From an uncultured Candidatus Obscuribacterales bacterium (GTDB lineage Bacteria; Cyanobacteriota; Vampirovibrionia; Obscuribacterales; Obscuribacteraceae), in NCBI GenBank assembly GCA_964519785.1, contig CAZFKB010000001.1, forward strand, positions 40,754-104,753: 64,000 nucleotides of DNA, given 5' to 3'. Positions 18,648 to 28,264 of the stretch are shown piece after piece. The notes beneath the pieces were generated by a model. That model ran no database searches. It was not told where the DNA came from and worked only from the letters and a program-made list of their open reading frames with translations. Each line of letters starts with the position of its first letter. The first letter of the stretch is position 1. Both the position numbers and the translations under genes were made by a program.

Positions 18648-19640
18648 CTACTTCAGAGGTCCTATCATTTTGGTCATGTACTTATAGGTTTTTGGAAAAG
18701 CGTTATCTATTCCTTCGGAACGATTTTTCTCTTGTGCTACATAATGCGCGAAAAGTTCTGCAAAACATTCAGACTGTCCGCCACCTTCACCTTGCAGATA
18801 GTATTCCCAGCGTCTTCTGCCCTCGCCTGGAATTTTGGTCGCGTCGCTTTGATAAACAGATTCGAAATCTTCTGAGGTTGAGGCGTTTCTAAAATGGTCG
18901 AAAGCATGTCCCATTTCGTGCAATATCGTTCCTGTAACTTGATGATTGCGCCCCATGGGGCTGTTCTTCCATGAAACGCGTTCTGGTATATAAATCACTT
19001 TGTTCGAATACATGCCGGGGCAGTTGTCGTAACCGCCTCCATGGGTATAGCCTCTTGGACGCTCTTGAACAAGGCTTCGATCGTCATCGACAATCGAGGG
19101 TACTATTTTTACTTTTAGGCCCCACGCGCTCATATCGTCACGAATCGATTTGGGAATTTGTGATAGCCCTTCCAGAACGTCCTTTCGAATGCCTTCGCTG
19201 TATGACGACTTACGCGAAATTTCTATTACTGGGGTCGTAATTTTTGAATAGTCTTTATCTTGTGTTTGAACTTTACCAATTACAGTTCCTGGTGCCAATC
19301 TCATTATCTTGCAAACATATTTCTTTCCTGCGCGTTCAATTTGCAGTACCGCATATGACTTTTCTGGACCAGAAAATCGTTTGGTCATTTCGTCAGTTGA
19401 AAGATTTGCAGCAGGAATTCCATCTAGAGAAAGAACTCGGTCTCCGGGCAAAAGTCGCGCTCTTGCTCCAGTTGAATTTTTGTCTATGGACTTGATTGTT
19501 TTGTTTGAATACAGATGAACTCCTATATCACCCACTTTTGCTTCAGCCTCTTTTGCGTTCTGCTCGGCAAAAGATTTGCCCACACAAAAGGAAGAAACTA
19601 AGGCAAGAAAGATAGCAGTTAGGGCGCGATTCTTCGTCAT
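18648..19640 (-). CDS. Secreted PDZ-domain zinc metalloprotease, ATLF/M34-like (paralogue 2)
   Basis: Preferred start is the ATG at 19640, giving signal peptide MTKNRALTAIFLALVSSFCVGKSFA. It has a PDZ segment (LLPGDRVLSLDG). HEMGH lies at 18906-18920, preceded by LSQIPKSIRDDM..GLKVKIV and GYTHGGGYDNCPG. Confidence 0.75.
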   Translation of the reverse strand: MTKNRALTAIFLALVSSFCVGKSFAEQNAKEAEAKVGDIGVHLYSNKTIKSIDKNSTGARARLLPGDRVLSLDGIPAANLSTDEMTKRFSGPEKSYAVLQIERAGKKYVCKIMRLAPGTVIGKVQTQDKDYSKITTPVIEISRKSSYSEGIRKDVLEGLSQIPKSIRDDMSAWGLKVKIVPSIVDDDRSLVQERPRGYTHGGGYDNCPGMYSNKVIYIPERVSWKNSPMGRNHQVTGTILHEMGHAFDHFRNASTSEDFESVYQSDATKIPGEGRRRWEYYLQGEGGGQSECFAELFAHYVAQEKNRSEGIDNAFPKTYKYMTKMIGPLK

Positions 19641-19644
19641 CTCA

Positions 19645-20676
19645 TTAATAAGTATATTTGCCGGCGCGTTTTTGTACATAGGCATAACACCTGGGGAAGG
19701 CTTTGGCCTGGTCCATTCCGCGATGCGATGTTTCATTGCTAAAAGAACAGTGAAACAGTTCGGCGAACATCTCGGCTGGTCCGGCTGCGCCTTCTTGCAA
19801 ATAAACCTGATAAATCAATCGTGTTTCATTTGTCAGACTTTTAGTATCTTCGCCATAGGCTTTTTTAAAATCTTCTGACGTTGAGCAATAATTTTGATCG
19901 TCAAAGGCGTGACCCATTTCGTGAATTGTAATGCCTTCTGCGCCTTGATTGAGTGCCATCGGCTGATTTCGCCAACCATTGCGCTCTCCAATAAAAATTG
20001 TCCTTCTTGTATCATCGTATCTTCCAGGGCAGTTGTCCCAGCCGCCACCATGCGTATAGCCGCTTGGTCTGCCACCGCGAAGTCCGGGGTCTGCGTCGAT
20101 TAGCGACGACACTATTTGTATTTTGAGTCCGTTGTTTGCGAGCTTATCGCGAATAGGTTTTGGTATTTTGGACAAGCCTTTCAGTACGCTTTTTTCGATG
20201 TAGTCTGTATCTTTGCTTCGCTTGCCTATCAATACTGGAGGTGAAACTTTTTCTGGTTCTTTGCTATCGGTTTTTTGTTTGGGAATCTCAGTGAGTCCCG
20301 CATTCTCCAGTAGAGTTTTTTGACTGAGCGACCGAGTCAAAACGCATGCAAATTGCTTTCCGCTTCTTTCAATTCCAAGATAGACTTTAGTTCCTTCAGG
20401 ACCGCTTACTCTGTCTGCGAGCTGTTCTTTGTCCATGAATTCGGTGCTGACACTATTGATTGTAATAATGCGATCGCCATCTTTTAATCCTGCTTTCTTG
20501 GCTGCAGTGCCTGGTAATACCTTATTGATTTTTCCGTTTGAATAAAAAGTAACGCCAATATAGCCTCGGCGTTCTTCCTTTTTCGCATCACTTTTTGCAA
20601 ACGCAAAAGCAGACGTAAAAACAAAAGCGACTAATGTCAGACTAAAATTCTTTAGAAATTTTGCCCGTTTTTGCAT
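19645..20676 (-). CDS. Secreted PDZ-domain zinc metalloprotease, ATLF/M34-like (paralogue 1)
   Basis: Same architecture as the downstream gene: signal peptide, PDZ (GLKDGDRIITING), then HEMGH at 19909-19923. Confidence 0.75.
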   Translation of the reverse strand: MQKRAKFLKNFSLTLVAFVFTSAFAFAKSDAKKEERRGYIGVTFYSNGKINKVLPGTAAKKAGLKDGDRIITINSVSTEFMDKEQLADRVSGPEGTKVYLGIERSGKQFACVLTRSLSQKTLLENAGLTEIPKQKTDSKEPEKVSPPVLIGKRSKDTDYIEKSVLKGLSKIPKPIRDKLANNGLKIQIVSSLIDADPGLRGGRPSGYTHGGGWDNCPGRYDDTRRTIFIGERNGWRNQPMALNQGAEGITIHEMGHAFDDQNYCSTSEDFKKAYGEDTKSLTNETRLIYQVYLQEGAAGPAEMFAELFHCSFSNETSHRGMDQAKAFPRCYAYVQKRAGKYTY

Positions 20677-20986
20677 TCACATGGTACCAATTGAAAGTGG
20701 CTGTATGACCGGAATCGTCTCCATCTGGGACAAGTTCGAAAACATGAATGACATGTTCTCCATTTTCGAGTCTGTCGTATTCAATATTGGCTGTACATCC
20801 GCGTTCTTTGCCCGCTATTTGAACGTTTGCCATGAATTTTTTAACTTCAGGTCGCGCTGCCACCATTTTTAAAGCCTGTGCTTTGCTTAGGGTGGCTGCC
20901 TTTTTCGCTTTGGCATAAACGGTGCTTCCATCAAGATTTACATTGAATGCAATTATCATCACCAATGCAAACATCAACTTTTTCAT
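20642..20986 (-). CDS. Small secreted protein, PepSY-like
   Basis: It has a signal peptide. LSKAQALKMVAARPE ... VIHVFELV ... FNWYHVNAKTGKI follows the PepSY alpha/beta pattern. It overlaps the next gene by 35 nt and the previous gene by 4 nt. Confidence 0.5.
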   Translation of the reverse strand: MKKLMFALVMIIAFNVNLDGSTVYAKAKKAATLSKAQALKMVAARPEVKKFMANVQIAGKERGCTANIEYDRLENGEHVIHVFELVPDGDDSGHTATFNWYHVNAKTGKISKEF

Positions 20987-21399
20987 TTGTTTTTCACCTC
21001 ATTCAATTGCACTGTCAAGCTTTCGAGATCAGCCTTGTCGAGGCTAGTAGTATAACTGTGCTTTTGATTGAAATAGTCGGGAGTTATTTCGACGGTCATT
21101 ATAGCTTGCCATGACTTGTCTGCTTTTATCTGAATGTTCAAAAAGGGCTCTTCGCTTGCTAGAGTTGCTGTTCCATAAAGTCCACGACTGAGTTTTCTAA
21201 TTTGATCGCCAAATGCTTCTAGTTGTGCTGCTGTGACAATCGGACCGCGCACGCGTACCATCGAATCTTCGGTTGTGCAAGACACAGTAATATTGAGCCA
21301 GTCGCCGTCATCTTCGTACTGCAAATCATGGATGTAGATTTTCAGGAACTGAAATTTTATCGACGATTTTATTAGCGCTTCTTCCTCAATCATCAGCAA
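20983..21399 (-). CDS. Hypothetical cytoplasmic protein, first gene of the PDZ-protease operon
   Basis: Clean 138-aa ORF with no signal peptide. It has an ATGA overlap with the following gene. I recognise no family. Confidence 0.55.
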   Translation of the reverse strand: MLMIEEEALIKSSIKFQFLKIYIHDLQYEDDGDWLNITVSCTTEDSMVRVRGPIVTAAQLEAFGDQIRKLSRGLYGTATLASEEPFLNIQIKADKSWQAIMTVEITPDYFNQKHSYTTSLDKADLESLTVQLNEVKNK

Positions 21400-21447
21400 A
21401 TTATACTGTTACCAGTTTGAAAATGAAAACCATTAACTGATACCTGT

Positions 21448-21476
21448 TTCCACGATGATATTATGCTGGCATAAAT
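21448..21476 (+). promoter_or_regulatory. Possible sigma-70 type promoter for RND system 2
   Basis: TTCCAC, a 17-nt spacer, then ATAAAT, about 40 nt upstream of the GTG at 21515. This is a pattern match only. Confidence 0.2.
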
Positions 21477-21514
21477 TGTAATCTAAGGGTATTTATGACT
21501 GGTGGGTTATCGGT

Positions 21515-23011
21515 GTGAGTATTTTTCTTGAAAGCGGCAAATTAAGGCTTTTAGCTTGCTGCATTTGGCTCATGACTTCGTTTGCTGGAGCAGTCCTTGC
21601 GCATGAGGGCGATAACGAAGCTTTCCAGCATGACGGAAGCGACGGTGCTCCCCAAAGAGTTGAAGTTGACGAACAGGCAATTCGAGCGCTCGAAATTAAA
21701 GTCGAAGCAGTAAAAATGGGCATCGTTAAGAACTCGCTTCAGGCAACTGGAGAAGTCAAAGCGGCAGAAACTCAGTCTTTCGATGTTAACCCTTCTGTGT
21801 CTGGTGTGGTCAAACAGGTCTTTGCTAAACAGGGTGACGTGGTTAAAAGAGGCGAAACGCTTGCCACTGTGCATAGTATCGAAGTTGCAGACAATTTGAC
21901 CAAGTTGATTAACGAAAAGACCCGAATAAATGGCGAAATAGCTAAAGTTAAAACTCAGTACGACAGTGATATCAAACTGCAACAGAATACCGTAGACCTG
22001 GCTAAAGTCACTTTCGACCGTGAGGAAGGCTTGCTCAAAGAAGGTATTTCAGCCTTGAAAAATTACCAGCAAGCTAAAAATGCGTATCAATCGGCGCAGG
22101 TCAAATTGCAGACTTTGCAACAGCGGTCTATGCAAGATGTGAAACTGCTTGAAAAAGAGCTTAGCGTAACAATTGCATCTGCAAAAGGGCAGCTGAAAAT
22201 TATGGGCATAGCCGAGTCCACTGTGGATCGGGCGCTCAAATCGGGACAGGTTACAGCCGACCTGCCTATTTTAGCTCCGGTTAGTGGCACAATCACTACC
22301 CGTAATATCACACTGGGTGAGCGGGTTGATGCAGAGCATACTGTTTTTTCAATCGTAAACCTAGATCCTATCTGGGTTATGGTCGATGTGTACCAGGAGC
22401 AAATTCCAAGAGTTAAGCTCAACCAGCAAGTAACTATTACAACGCCATCTAAACAAGTTTTGCATGGAATAATTTCTTCAGTTGGATCTATCGTTGATGA
22501 AGATACCAAAACACTACATGTGCGAATAGTTGCTCAAAATCCTAAGGGAATTTTACGCCCAGGTATGTTCGTCGAAGCGCAGATTGCAACAGGTGACGGA
22601 GACAAGCAGGCGCTTGTTATACCTGAGTCTGCAATTTCTGCTTTTAAAGAAAAGCCGTATGTATTTGTGCGCCATGAAAACCATTTCGAGCCTAGATTTG
22701 TAAGCGTCGGAAACCATGCAAACGATCAAGTCGAAATTATAGATGGATTGAAATCGGGCGACATGGTTGTGACCTCTGGCGCTGCCCAATTAGCTGCTCA
22801 AGCACTATTAAAGCCCGATGCCGAAAAGGATCACGCTGATGAAGACAAAGCAAATCACGATGAACACCAGCACGAAGGATCCAAAACTAGCGGACCAGTG
22901 CAGATGCTCATGTTCTTTTTCGTGGGTTTTGTGACTGCTGTAATTACAGTGTTGATTTGGGTCGCTGCGATCAAGCGTGGCAAGAAATCAGGTTCTTCTG
23001 ATGCTGAATAA
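21515..23011 (+). CDS. RND efflux periplasmic adaptor, system 2, with His-rich termini and a C-terminal TM helix
   Basis: MFP layout (GETLATVHS lipoyl-like motif, coiled coil, beta-barrel). N-terminal HEGDNEAFQHDG. C-terminal DHADEDKANHDEHQHEG followed by the hydrophobic helix VQMLMFFFVGFVTAVITVLIWVAAI. Confidence 0.85.
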   Translation: MSIFLESGKLRLLACCIWLMTSFAGAVLAHEGDNEAFQHDGSDGAPQRVEVDEQAIRALEIKVEAVKMGIVKNSLQATGEVKAAETQSFDVNPSVSGVVKQVFAKQGDVVKRGETLATVHSIEVADNLTKLINEKTRINGEIAKVKTQYDSDIKLQQNTVDLAKVTFDREEGLLKEGISALKNYQQAKNAYQSAQVKLQTLQQRSMQDVKLLEKELSVTIASAKGQLKIMGIAESTVDRALKSGQVTADLPILAPVSGTITTRNITLGERVDAEHTVFSIVNLDPIWVMVDVYQEQIPRVKLNQQVTITTPSKQVLHGIISSVGSIVDEDTKTLHVRIVAQNPKGILRPGMFVEAQIATGDGDKQALVIPESAISAFKEKPYVFVRHENHFEPRFVSVGNHANDQVEIIDGLKSGDMVVTSGAAQLAAQALLKPDAEKDHADEDKANHDEHQHEGSKTSGPVQMLMFFFVGFVTAVITVLIWVAAIKRGKKSGSSDAE

Positions 23012-26000
23012 AATTATTCGCTGGGCAATAAAAAATCCCTGGGTAGTTAATATACTCGCCCTGTGTTGGTTTGTTCTTGGTGTCCACTCAACCATGACAA
23101 TGCCTGTCGATGTGTTTCCCGACTTTGCACCTATACAAGTAGTAGTTTTGACCGAAGCGCCTGGTTATGCACCGGAAGAAGTTGAAGCTCTGGTCACAAG
23201 ACCCCTTGAATCTGGAATCAATGGAGTAGCAAATGTCAAAGTAGTGCGATCTATTTCGACTATTGGATTGTCCGTTATCACTGTCATTTTTCAAGATAAC
23301 AGTAACGTTTTTACTGCTCGCCAGCTGGTAACTGAAAAACTGAGTTCCACTAGAGGAGAACTGCCAGACGGAGTTAAGGAGCCTGTTCTCGCTCCAATTA
23401 CTACAGCGGCAGGAGATATTTTAAAAATTGGAATGTACTCGACTGGTGAGGGCGATGGTGGCACTACCATAATGGACCTGCGCTCACTTGTCGACTGGAC
23501 AGTACGTTTGCGTTTGATGGCTATTGCTGGAGTCTCAAATGTAGTCACCATAGGCGGTGAGGTTAAGCAATACCAGGTTCAGGTAGATCCAGAAAAACTC
23601 AAGGAATACGATGTTACCCTCAAAGATGTTGTGGACGCAGCAAGAGGGAGCAATATCAATGCTGCTGGCGGAATCTTGCGCAATCAAGATAGTGAAAAAC
23701 TCATCCGTGGATTGGGACGTGTAACTTCACCAGCTGAAATTGGTGCGACAGTAATTAAGAGTCGAAACGGACTTCCTGTTCTGCTGAATAATGTAGCCAA
23801 AGTCGAGCTTGGACCCCAGTTCAAATACGGCGATGCCATAGTAGACGGTCATCCTGGTGTCGTTATGACCGTCATGAAACAACCATGGGCTAATACTCTT
23901 GAGACTACCAGGTTAGTAGAAAAAGCACTGGATGACCTTAAATCAAGCTTTCCTGAAGATGTAAAAGTTGTCACCACATTTAGACAAGCAGACTTTATCG
24001 AAATTGCCGTCAAAAACGTTGGCGAAGCTGTGATCCTAGGCGGCGTGTTGGTGGTCATAATTCTGTTTGTCTTTTTGCAGAACTGGAGAGCAGCAATCAT
24101 CTCGCTTGTTGCTATTCCGCTCTCATTGCTTTCAGCCATTATTGTGCTTAAATGGCAGGGCTATACCATTAACACAATGACACTTGGAGGGCTTGCAATC
24201 GCTATTGGCGAAGTGGTTGATGACGCCATAATAGACGTGGAAAATGTCTGCCACCGTCTGCGCGAAAACAAACTTTCAGCATCTCCTAAACCAGTATGGC
24301 GTGTGATTTATTCCGCCTCATCCGAGGTTCGCAACTCAGTTGTCTACGCAACTTTTATAGTAGCTCTGGTTTTTCTGCCAGTCTTGAGTTTAAGTGGACT
24401 AGAAGGAAAAATATTCAGCCCACTTGCAGACGCCTATCTAATTTCTTTACTGTCGTCACTCTTGGTGGCATTGACAGTTACTCCAGCGCTTAGTTATTTT
24501 CTTTTGCGCAATTTGAAATCAATTCCCAGCGGCGAAACCAATTTTGTTGTTTTTCTCAAAAAGATTTATAGCTCTGCTTTAGATATCAGCTTGAGATTTC
24601 CAAAGTCTATTCTAGCTGGATCAGGATTATTGCTTGCTTTGTCGATGTTGCCCCTGTTCGTTATGGGAACAACGTTTTTGCCTGAATTCGATGAAGACAA
24701 TGTCATCGTAGTTGCTACCTCGATGCCGGGAACGAGTCTGACAACAACTACAAATATTGGCAAAGAGCTTACTTCGCACCTGGTCAAACAGCACAATGTA
24801 CTTGCCGCAGACCAGAGAGCGGGGCGCGCGGAAGGTGGAGAAGATTATGGTGCAAGCAATTTTAGCGAATACGACATTCGTCTCAAGCCTGACAGTAAAA
24901 ATAGAAAAGACATCCTCTATCACATCAGACACGAGTTTTCGCACATACCGGGGCTTATAAGCGACTCTGGTTCGTATTTGCAGCATCGTATGGACCATGC
25001 GTTGTCTGGCGTTAACGCTGCAATTGCTATAAAAATTTTCGGACCTGATCTCGACACCTTGCACGAGAAAGCAAAAGAGATTGAGACCACTATGAAAAGT
25101 GTGAAAGGCGCTGTTGATGTGCATGTGGAGCCGATAATACCTGTGCCGCAGGTGTCCATAAAAATAAACCGCACCGCTGCTGCGCGATACGGTGTTCGTG
25201 TAAAAGACCTGGCTGACTCTATTGAGGCTGCTTTCAAGGGTATGGCGGTTTCGCAAGTGCTCGAAGGGCAGAAAGCTTTTGACTTGTATGTGCTCTTTGC
25301 ACCAGAGTTTAGAAATAACATGAGCATAATCACGTCAACTCTGGTTGATACTCCATCTGGTATCAAAGTTCCTATTGGTGCGCTTGCTGAAGTGAAAGAA
25401 GGCAACAGTCCAAACACTATTAGCCATGAAAATGTCATGCGCCGAGTCGTCGTTCAGGCAAACGTTTCTGGACGCGATTTGGGTGGTGTGATTGACGAGG
25501 CTCGCAGAAAAATCAAAAAGCAAGTCAAATTGCCGCAGTCTTATTATGTGGTTTATGGCGGTCAATTCGAGGCACAAGAACAAGCTCGCAATCAGCTTGG
25601 AGTTTTGTGCGGAACTGCGCTTCTGGGGATGCTTGTTTTGCTTACCATGGCATTTAAATCATGGCGTGGCGCGCTTCTTATCATGGCAAACTTGCCCCTT
25701 GCTCTTATTGGTGGCATCTGGGCAGTTCTTTTTTCTGGAGCGGTGCTAAGCGTGGGTTCAATGGTCGGATTCATCACATTGTTTGGAATCTCCACGCGTA
25801 ATGGCATTATGCTCGTGAGTCATTTCGAAAACCTACAAAAGCATGAAAAAGACCTGGAGACTTTGATTCGCACGAGCGCCATGGATCGGCTCAGTCCTGT
25901 CCTTATGACTGCTCTCACTGCTGCACTTGGTGTATTACCGATTGCGGTCCTTGGTGGTGCGGGACGCGAGCTGGAGCAGCCTCTAGCGATTGTAATTCTA

Positions 26001-26108
26001 GGCGGCATGATTAGCTCAACTCTGCTTACACTTGTCGTGATTCCAGCTCTTTTGAAACTTTTTGGCTCAATGCTATACAATGCCTCTGAATCAAATGAAG
26101 AGGTTTAA
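23001..26108 (+). CDS. cusA: Heavy-metal-efflux RND pump, CusA-type
   Basis: The ATG at 23001 overlaps the adaptor stop by 11 nt. The TMH-IV motif AIAIGEVVDDAIIDVEN (24195-24245) has the A/D/E pattern and the spacing of CusA A399/D405/E412. Confidence 0.88.
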   Translation: MLNKIIRWAIKNPWVVNILALCWFVLGVHSTMTMPVDVFPDFAPIQVVVLTEAPGYAPEEVEALVTRPLESGINGVANVKVVRSISTIGLSVITVIFQDNSNVFTARQLVTEKLSSTRGELPDGVKEPVLAPITTAAGDILKIGMYSTGEGDGGTTIMDLRSLVDWTVRLRLMAIAGVSNVVTIGGEVKQYQVQVDPEKLKEYDVTLKDVVDAARGSNINAAGGILRNQDSEKLIRGLGRVTSPAEIGATVIKSRNGLPVLLNNVAKVELGPQFKYGDAIVDGHPGVVMTVMKQPWANTLETTRLVEKALDDLKSSFPEDVKVVTTFRQADFIEIAVKNVGEAVILGGVLVVIILFVFLQNWRAAIISLVAIPLSLLSAIIVLKWQGYTINTMTLGGLAIAIGEVVDDAIIDVENVCHRLRENKLSASPKPVWRVIYSASSEVRNSVVYATFIVALVFLPVLSLSGLEGKIFSPLADAYLISLLSSLLVALTVTPALSYFLLRNLKSIPSGETNFVVFLKKIYSSALDISLRFPKSILAGSGLLLALSMLPLFVMGTTFLPEFDEDNVIVVATSMPGTSLTTTTNIGKELTSHLVKQHNVLAADQRAGRAEGGEDYGASNFSEYDIRLKPDSKNRKDILYHIRHEFSHIPGLISDSGSYLQHRMDHALSGVNAAIAIKIFGPDLDTLHEKAKEIETTMKSVKGAVDVHVEPIIPVPQVSIKINRTAAARYGVRVKDLADSIEAAFKGMAVSQVLEGQKAFDLYVLFAPEFRNNMSIITSTLVDTPSGIKVPIGALAEVKEGNSPNTISHENVMRRVVVQANVSGRDLGGVIDEARRKIKKQVKLPQSYYVVYGGQFEAQEQARNQLGVLCGTALLGMLVLLTMAFKSWRGALLIMANLPLALIGGIWAVLFSGAVLSVGSMVGFITLFGISTRNGIMLVSHFENLQKHEKDLETLIRTSAMDRLSPVLMTALTAALGVLPIAVLGGAGRELEQPLAIVILGGMISSTLLTLVVIPALLKLFGSMLYNASESNEEV

Positions 26109-26113
26109 TTCCT

Positions 26114-26824
26114 ATGCCCGCCTTAGCAGCGCTTGAGGGTCTCAAGCTCATTCCTGGAACCAAGGAAGGAATTTGTCGAGTTAGCTTTCAAGATCACTTA
26201 GTGAAATCGAATTTGACCTGGGATAGATATATTCGATTGAATGCGGCTGCTCGTGTTATCAACGATTTGAAAGAAGAAAGCGATACAGTGCTGGACATTG
26301 GCGGACTGGATGGCGCGCTTGCACTCTTTATGCCCTCTACAATTGTGGAAGTGATCGATCCCGCCACTACAGGCGGTGATTTTGCCACTATGAATATTGA
26401 TGACGGAATATTCGATATAGTAGCAGCTATTGATGTTTTGGAACATGTGCATCCAGATGAGCGAGATGCTTTTCTTTCTAAACTTGCACGTGTAGCGCGC
26501 AAAATGATCATTCTAAATTATCCAAGTATTCAATCAAGTCAGGCGCAAGAAGCTGTGCTTGGCGTATGCGAGAACGAATTCATCCGTCAACACGTTGATT
26601 GGAAACTACCCGAAACAGGATGGGTCATGGGTTATTTGTCTGCTCTTGGATTTCGCTGTGAAGCTGCTGAATATGGCAATATAGCTTTGTGGGCAGGACA
26701 ATTCATCGCCTCACAAATGGCAGATGCCAATGCCGCCGCGTTAAATAGATACCTGATCGAAAATCATCTGGACGAGCCATTCACTAAGCCACTTTATCGC
26801 CTAGTCGTGTGCGTTCGCGATTAA
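26114..26824 (+). CDS. Class I SAM-dependent methyltransferase
   Basis: Motif I VLDIGGLDG; post-II FDIVAAIDVLEHV. The gene starts 5 nt after the pump stop. Confidence 0.8.
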   Translation: MPALAALEGLKLIPGTKEGICRVSFQDHLVKSNLTWDRYIRLNAAARVINDLKEESDTVLDIGGLDGALALFMPSTIVEVIDPATTGGDFATMNIDDGIFDIVAAIDVLEHVHPDERDAFLSKLARVARKMIILNYPSIQSSQAQEAVLGVCENEFIRQHVDWKLPETGWVMGYLSALGFRCEAAEYGNIALWAGQFIASQMADANAAALNRYLIENHLDEPFTKPLYRLVVCVRD

Positions 26825-26825
26825 C

Positions 26826-27407
26826 TTATCTTTCACCGGTTAATTCAAAGATTGCTTTGCATAAATTTAGGCAATCGGATTCAAAGTCTTTTCCTTGATT
26901 CGTATTGCAAAAGGCTATTTTTGATTTTTTTCCTTGTTTGCCTTCTATTTCATAGAAGTGAGCGCCAGTGTTTAAATAAGCAATAGGGATTTTTACGGAC
27001 TCATTTTTATCCCAAAAGTGATTGGTTTCAATAAGTTCCATCGCCTGGGCAGTTTTCTGAGAAGAAAGTTCGCACTTCCATTTTTTGAACAAGTGAATAG
27101 GGGAAGAAGGGGATGCACCGTTCCAGGAATAAAAGTATGCGAAAGTCTTTCCTTTAGAATTTTTACATAAGGTTAGAACTTTGTAGTGATAGGTGCCGTA
27201 GAACCAGAAGCGATAAACCACAGGGGCATCGAATTCTTCTAACGGAGGTTCTCCTATCGTTTTGAGATGGCCTGGAAACGAGCTTTTTTGTCTTGTCCCG
27301 GCGACTTCAACAAGAGCATGGTTGGTGCGAGAAAATTCGGTACCATAACGATCATCGCAAGCAGGCAATAGAATCACTATAAGTAGGACTTGCAGTATTA
27401 GTTTCAT
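26826..27407 (-). CDS. Hypothetical lipoprotein
   Basis: Signal peptide with lipobox LLPAC. It has a 4-nt overlap with the upstream CPBP gene. Confidence 0.6.
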   Translation of the reverse strand: MKLILQVLLIVILLPACDDRYGTEFSRTNHALVEVAGTRQKSSFPGHLKTIGEPPLEEFDAPVVYRFWFYGTYHYKVLTLCKNSKGKTFAYFYSWNGASPSSPIHLFKKWKCELSSQKTAQAMELIETNHFWDKNESVKIPIAYLNTGAHFYEIEGKQGKKSKIAFCNTNQGKDFESDCLNLCKAIFELTGER

Positions 27408-28264
27408 AAATTCTTGTCTTTTGCATTTCCCTTTTTCCAGACAATATAAGCAAAGATGGCTGCAACCACTGCAAGTGCGATTCCAAATTCGTCGACAAAA
27501 TAGGGTGTGTATTCGCGCGTTATTGTAAGTGGCGTGAATATGCCTTGAATGGCTACGTTATGGCTTATGTGTAAGATTGCGCATGGCCAGACGCTGTTCG
27601 ATTTTAATCTTAGCCAGGTCAATATAAAACTAACGCTAACTACTAAAACTGCAAAACAGGCAAGGCCTAGCCAAACAGCCGAGCCGTTGTTGTAATCGGT
27701 CGTTAAAATTATGGCGGGTACATGCCATAGTCCCCAAGCACAACCGATAACGGTTGAGGTTTTGGCAAATGACATCGATTCGTTTAATTTTGGGACTAGA
27801 AAGCCGCGCCAGCCTAATTCTTCGCCGAATCCTCGATGCAAATTCATGACGAAATCTACGCTCATCATGTGGGCTCCCATTGCCAATGCGGCAAGGTCTG
27901 GGGAGAGTTGTGGATACGAGCGTAAAGCGGCAATAAAGTATTGCTGATTAGGAAATCCGCCAATCCCACTTGTCCAAATGAATGAATAGGCGACTAATCC
28001 ATAAACCAATGGAAACGTATAACCTATGAGCCAATAAATGGGTTTGCCTGGAAGTAGCCCCAGCGTTTTCAAAAACTTTTTTCGAGCCTCAGCAAAGACT
28101 AAAGTCGTTAAGATTGCAGCAGCTCCCGGGCACCACATCAATAGCGAGGAATAGAGACCATCTCCAGCCTTGATAGAATGTGCCGAAATAATTGGAATAT
28201 AGCAGGCTGCAGTTAATACAAGCAAAAGCGCTAGAAAAGTTAGAAGCTCTTTTTTGTTTTTCAA
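27404..28264 (-). CDS. CPBP-family intramembrane glutamic endopeptidase (CAAX protease-like)
   Basis: Polytopic membrane protein with motif 1 EELGWRGFL and motif 3 HISHN. Confidence 0.8.
   Translation of the reverse strand: MKNKKELLTFLALLLVLTAACYIPIISAHSIKAGDGLYSSLLMWCPGAAAILTTLVFAEARKKFLKTLGLLPGKPIYWLIGYTFPLVYGLVAYSFIWTSGIGGFPNQQYFIAALRSYPQLSPDLAALAMGAHMMSVDFVMNLHRGFGEELGWRGFLVPKLNESMSFAKTSTVIGCAWGLWHVPAIILTTDYNNGSAVWLGLACFAVLVVSVSFILTWLRLKSNSVWPCAILHISHNVAIQGIFTPLTITREYTPYFVDEFGIALAVVAAIFAYIVWKKGNAKDKNL

Noticed and set aside
24627-25438. Two long antisense ORFs (209 and 172 aa) inside the CusA-type pump
   Set aside because: They are embedded opposite a 1036-aa gene that is conserved-looking throughout. 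They are probably a by-product of codon bias.
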